A stretch of 63,956 nt of DNA, counting the filler, from Reclinomonas americana ATCC 50394 (lineage: Eukaryota): NCBI GenBank assembly GCA_048213135.1. It is 6 parts of 4 records of this genome, joined end to end, with 100 filler letters (N's around TTAATTAATTAA, not from the genome) between each part and the next. Parts side by side here need not be neighbours in the genome. Positions count along the whole stretch, not along the records: positions 58,429 to 62,753 come from PS015447.1; positions 62,854 to 63,956 come from PS015479.1; 4 more parts are not named here. One strand, written 5' to 3'. The notes under the pieces are model-generated. The model searched no databases and had not been told where the DNA came from. It saw only the letters and a program-made list of their open reading frames with translations. The translations under genes were made by a program, and so were the position numbers. Shown here in pieces: positions 59,410 through 63,956 of this stretch (position 1 is its first letter; each line of letters begins with the position of its first letter).

Positions 59410-61750
59410 ATGACTGGAGTGAACCATTGCCGCGATGCGCTCGAGTGCATTGTGCGCCGCCTGGTGCGCAGCCCCGGAAGCGATCTGGCACTCGCTCTCG
59501 ACTGTGTGGAAGTGATTGCAACGCGTATCCGACAGGCCACGCCATCGCTGATTGAGGTGAGTGCTCGTGTGTGTCTCTGCCTGTGTGTGCGTGAACGCAC
59601 ATTCTCACTGCTGTGAGAACCCTCGCCAGGATGCTGTATCACTACTGCAAACGGCTCCGTCGGCAGGCAAGCTGGTGCCGAGTTTCATCTCGCGTCTCTT
59701 GGCGATGCGGCAACATTTGGTGTGTGTGTGTGAGAGAGAGAGAGAGATAGGGTTCACATGCATGCACCCCCGTCTGATGCATACGCACATGCAGCACATT
59801 GACCTGGTGTTAGAGTTGTTTCACCTGATGGAGAAGCGCAACCTCGACGATGCATACGATTTTGTGAGGCCGTTGCGTGACGCTCGCCCTCTGTCTCCCT
59901 CTCGCACACACAACCATACAAACAACACGCGCTCTACTGCAGGTTTGCCACAACGAATCAGAGCACCAGTGTCGAACCGACCCTGCGCGGCGAGTTTGCT
60001 CGCTGCTGCTTCCTGCTGTACGAGAACAACATTCACATGGCCGACGCGCGACGACGCGGTTTGTCGTGGTTGCACGAGGGTAGTCGGCACCTCACTGTGA
60101 GAAAAGAGCAGACACTTACATTGGTCTCCTCTTTCCGCCCGCAGATGCCGCAATGCGGTACGCCGAGGNNNNNNNNNNNNNNNNNNNNNNNNNNNNNNNN
60201 NNNNNNNNNNNNNNNNNNNNNNNNNNNNNNNNNNNNNNNNNNNNNNNNNNNNNNNNNNNNNNNNNNNNNNNNNNNNNNNNNNNNNNNNNNNNNNNNNNNN
60301 NNNNNNNNNNNNNNNNNNNNNNNNNNNNNNNNNNNNNNNNNNNNNNNNNNNNNNNNNNNNNNNNNNNNNNNNNNNNNNNNNNNNNNNNNNNNNNNNNNNN
60401 NNNNNNNNNNNNNNNNNNNNNNNNNNNNNNNNNNNNNNNNNNNNNNNNNNNNNNNNNNNNNNNNNNNNNNNNNNNNNNNNNNNNNNNNNNNNNNNNNNNN
60501 NNNNNNNNNNNNNNNNNNNNNNNNNNNNNNNNNNNNNNNNNNNNNNNNNNNNNNNNNNNNNNNNNNNNNNNNNNNNNNNNNNNNNNNNNNNNNNNNNNNN
60601 NNNNNNNNNNNNNNNNNNNNNNNNNNNNNNNNNNNNNNNNNNNNNNNNNNNNNNNNNNNNNNNNNNNNNNNNNNNNNNNNNNNNNNNNNNNNNNNNNNNN
60701 NNNNNNNNNNNNNNNNNNNNNNNNNNNNNTGCAGCATCGTCTGCCGTCGCCACCTCATCCTCCCGCCACTCCACCGCCTCCTCCTCCTCCTCCTCCTCCT
60801 CCAGCTCCATCTCTGCCTGCTCCGCCAGTGATTGACCTGTCGACTGCCATTGTGGTGGATCCTGTATCGGCCGCAGCCGCAGCTGCAGCCAAGAGAGGAG
60901 GACCGCGTCGCGAGTATCACGTGTTCACAGACTTGGAGGTGCGTGTGTTATGTCATCATCATCATTCACGCAAATATCTTGGATTTCTTGTTTGTGCGTG
61001 TGTGATCTCGCGCCATGTCTCTCTGCGTGCACACACGCCTCCGCTGCACCGCGCTCACGACTGTGGTGTGTCTGTGTGTGTGTGTGTGTGTGCGTGCCGC
61101 GCAGCGTCTTGTGCTGGAAGAGTTCCGCCCAATCTACTTTGCCGAATCGCTGCCGAGTGGGTGCTACTCGCAGCAGGCGCACCGCGATGTGGTGGTGGCG
61201 CAGATTGCCGAGCGTGGCGTGCAGATGGGCAGCCCGTACCTGCAAGAAGCGTATCGTGTGCGGACGTGGATGAACAACAATCGCGACTCGGCGCGAGAAC
61301 GGCGACAAGCACGCCGTCGACCGAATGCCGACGGCACTGGTGGCGAGGGCGGTGGCGAGGGCGACGACAATAGCGACAGGAGAATAAGTAGGGAACGGAG
61401 TTCGGAGGAGGATGGAGAAGAGCAGCAGCAACAACAACAAGAACAACAACAACAACAACAACAGGAGGGTGAAAGGGAGGCGGGAAGTGGCCGTCGCCGT
61501 CGCCGAAGAAATAGCGCTCGTGGCGCTGGAGGTGACGCGTCTGACGCCAGCTCGTCTGGAACCGAACGGATGCACAAACGTTGCGTTGTGCTGTTCATGA
61601 CACCGTGCTGCATCTCCTCTGCTCACCGTGCCGACGATGCAGGCGACTCCACGTCTCCCCAGTCGTCGTCACGTTCGCCATCACGAGCGGCAAAAGAAGC
61701 GCCGGTCGCCGGCGACAGTTTCGTCTGCACTCTATTCCCTTTTCTGTACC
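59410..61750 (+). CDS. Protein with a helical N-terminus and a divergent homeodomain-like C-terminal region; gapped
   Basis: Frame-consistent exons run from MTGVNHC. After the gap: RREYHVFTDLE|RLVLEEF...RVRTWMNNNR. Confidence 0.55.
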
Positions 61751-62086
61751 NNNNNNNNNNNNNNNNNNNNNNNNNNNNNNNNNNNNNNNNNNNNNNNNNN
61801 NNNNNNNNNNNNNNNNNNNNNNNNNNNNNNNNNNNNNNNNNNNNNNNNNNNNNNNNNNNNNNNNNNNNNNNNNNNNNNNNNNNNNNNNNNNNNNNNNNNN
61901 NNNNNNNNNNNNNNNNNNNNNNNNNNNNNNNNNNNNNNNNNNNNNNNNNNNNNNNNNNNNNNNNNNNNNNNNNNNNNNNNNNNNNNNNNNNNNNNNNNNN
62001 NNNNNNNNNNNNNNNNNNNNNNNNNNNNNNNNNNNNNNNNNNNNNNNNNNNNNNNNNNNNNNNNNNNNNNNNNNNNNNNNNNNNNN

Positions 62087-62700
62087 TCGCCGGTCGTGAG
62101 TGTGACGACGAGCCCTTGTGCAACCACAGAAGCGACTCCACAATGGCCGCCATATCGGCATCGGGTGAAGGCGGTACCACTTCCGCGGTGGCACTTGCCG
62201 TGGCAGCGGATGCTGCCTTGGACTGCTGTCGTCCGGAGCGCCGCCGTGGTGGCTCGTCGTCGACACGGCGAGTGGTTGCGTCTGCCGAGTCCTCGGTGGC
62301 GGCGGCAGTCGCGTCGCGATTCAAACCCGATCGTTGCGGAGCGGCTGACGACCACGAGAATTTGTTGGCGGCGAGCAGCCGTGACGGCTTTGGCGTGCGT
62401 CCGCTGCGACGCAGCGGGGCATCTGCGTTTGTCGACAAGTGCGTGAGCAAGTAAGTAGAATTAGATGCCGCAGCGAGGATCACAATAACCTGACTGTGAG
62501 ACCACGTCTTCCTGCATTGCAGGTGCTTCTGGCGGTGCTCCCATTGTCGTTGTTGTTGTCGTCGTCACCGCAGCTGCTACGGCCTCCTGCTCCTCTATTT
62601 CCTCTTCTTCCCGCTGCTGCTTGCGTTCGCGCTTCACGCGGGCGGTGGGTGTCGCGGCGGAGCGTTTCGTCATCATTACTGGATCCCGTGCCTTGGCTTT
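62087..62700 (-). CDS. Fragment of a low-complexity basic protein between gaps
   Basis: Two open exons (62518-62700 and about 62087-62430) with Arg/Glu-rich coding-like composition. Confidence 0.35.
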
Positions 62701-63038
62701 TGGAGGTGGAGCAAATGCTGTTGCTGTCCACATGCACAGTGAGCTCCATGTGANNNNNNNNNNNNNNNNNNNNNNNNNNNNNNNNNNNNNNNNNNNNTTA
62801 ATTAATTAANNNNNNNNNNNNNNNNNNNNNNNNNNNNNNNNNNNNNNNNNNNNCCTCTCGCTCTCCCCCTCTCGTTCTCTCCACTCTCTTTCTCCCCTCT
62901 CGCTCTCCCACTTTCGCTCTCCCCCTCCGTCTCCCACTCCATCTCCTCCTCCTCCTCGCTCTCCCCTCTCGCTCTCCTCTAGCTCGTGCCTCCCCCTCTC
63001 GCTCTTCCCATCTGCGTCTCACTCCCTCTCCCCCGCAG

Positions 63039-63629
63039 TACCCCACCGGCAACTTCTGCTGCAAGTGGTACGTCTTGCTGTCATTCTTCTCTCCACACTT
63101 CCCCCTCACTCACATCTTCCGCTCCCTCCAGCTCTCAGCACATTGGCGCCATTCGCTGTTTCGTGACCCTTCACATCACACTCTCTCCCTTTTCGTGCCG
63201 CTCACCACTTGCACGCAGACGACTGGATGCGCAACGGCGGCACCTCCTACACCGGACAGTCGATTGTGAATGGTTCGCTCCCGCTCATCGCCCCTCACCT
63301 CTTTCCCCCCTCCGCCTCACTTGCCACCCGCAGGCGTCAAGGTCGACGGCTGGCTCAAGTACGGCGCCTCGGACAACCACTACTACGCCACGACCGACGC
63401 GGCGCAGCGCCCCGTGCAGTACATGGAGCACAAGAACGGACAGCTGAAGCAGTGGGAGTTGCGCTGCGCCCGTTTCCCCTCCCCCGTTTCTCTCTCTCTC
63501 TCTCTTCTCACTCCACCCCACAGCTTCGACCTGAGCACCTACGCGCCCGGCCCGCAAAAGGACTCGCTCTTCACACCGCCGGCCAACTGCGACAAGCGCT
63601 GCCTCAGCGACGTGTGCATGTTTGCCTGA
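63039..63629 (+). CDS. 3' part of a Cys-containing secreted-type protein, ependymin-related (EPDR)-like
   Basis: Motifs YPTGNFCCKW, VKVDGWLKYG..YYAT..RPV and WD|FDLSTYAPGPQKDSLFTPPANCDKRC. The FxxPxxC end is typical of EPDR/LolA-fold proteins. Confidence 0.5.
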
Positions 63630-63716
63630 ACAGCATTTTTTTCGTGAGACGCAAAATGTATTCGCACCCGCGCTGCGTGCGCTCTTCCCCACAACCCCTC
63701 ACTCCCCTCCACGCTC

Positions 63717-63956
63717 TCACACGTGCGACAAGAAATCGCTGTGGCCGAGCTGGCGCAGGCGCGCCGACAGCTTCTCCACCTTGGCGCGCTCGCCATTCAA
63801 CTCGCGGTTCAGGTACTCCATCGACTGATGCATGGCCTCGCGCTCGCTCTTCGCCACCGACACCTGCTGCAGCAGGAGCTCGCGCTCCGCCGCAAACTGC
63901 TGGTGGCTGTGGTCCTCCGCCGCGTGCGTGGCGGCAGGCACCGCGGCGTGGACGGC
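63717..63956 (-). CDS. C-terminal coiled-coil end of a gene continuing beyond the window
   Basis: Heptad pattern in ERELLLQQVSVAKSEREAMHQSMEYLNRELNGERAKVEKLSARLRQLG. Confidence 0.55.
   Translation of the reverse strand, partial: AVHAAVPAATHAAEDHSHQQFAAERELLLQQVSVAKSEREAMHQSMEYLNRELNGERAKVEKLSARLRQLGHSDFLSHV

Noticed and set aside
1..63956. Stop-codon reassignment or selenocysteine to explain the fragmented ORFs
   Set aside because: The interruptions I checked in conserved genes are explained by GT-AG introns. TAA (SNU13), TAG (ELOVL) and TGA (DUF1764) all end conserved C-termini.
1..63956. U12-type (minor) introns
   Set aside because: No RTATCCTT donor was seen at any modelled junction.
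1..63956. CRISPR arrays, transposons, tRNA or rRNA genes, prokaryotic operons
   Set aside because: No spaced direct repeats, terminal repeats, transposase/RT motifs or structured RNA signatures were seen. The sequence is intron-rich eukaryotic DNA.

Overview
Gene-dense, GC-rich eukaryotic scaffold, most likely from a protist (the lineage cannot be fixed from this window). It is a draft assembly with many N gaps and five synthetic TTAATTAATTAA linkers. I reconstructed about 27 protein-coding genes by hand. They carry many short GT-AG introns (mostly about 60-120 nt, often rich in GT/CT microsatellites) and use the standard code, with TAA, TAG and TGA all seen as stops. Recognisable genes: BTB-BACK-MATH protein, NEF1-like membrane protein, RNI-like LRR protein, MTFMT, ELOVL elongase, TMEM260, a five-CH-domain protein, DUF1764, C2orf76/UPF0538-like, WDR61/SKI8, RELCH/KIAA1468, SNU13, UROS, TatD, Kelch-ankyrin-BTB, a GT77-like glycosyltransferase, HSP110, an ELMO-like C-terminus, a divergent homeodomain protein and an ependymin-like fragment. 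The most striking signal is in the splice donors. About 27 frame-consistent introns begin with GTTGCG, a canonical GTGCG shifted by one base so that G sits at +6 instead of +5. Nearly all of them follow an exon that does not end in G. This suggests that shifted-register 5' splice-site recognition, a rare exception in humans, is a routine second donor class here. No rRNA, tRNA, CRISPR array or recognisable transposon was seen. All exon boundaries are manual and have no transcript support.
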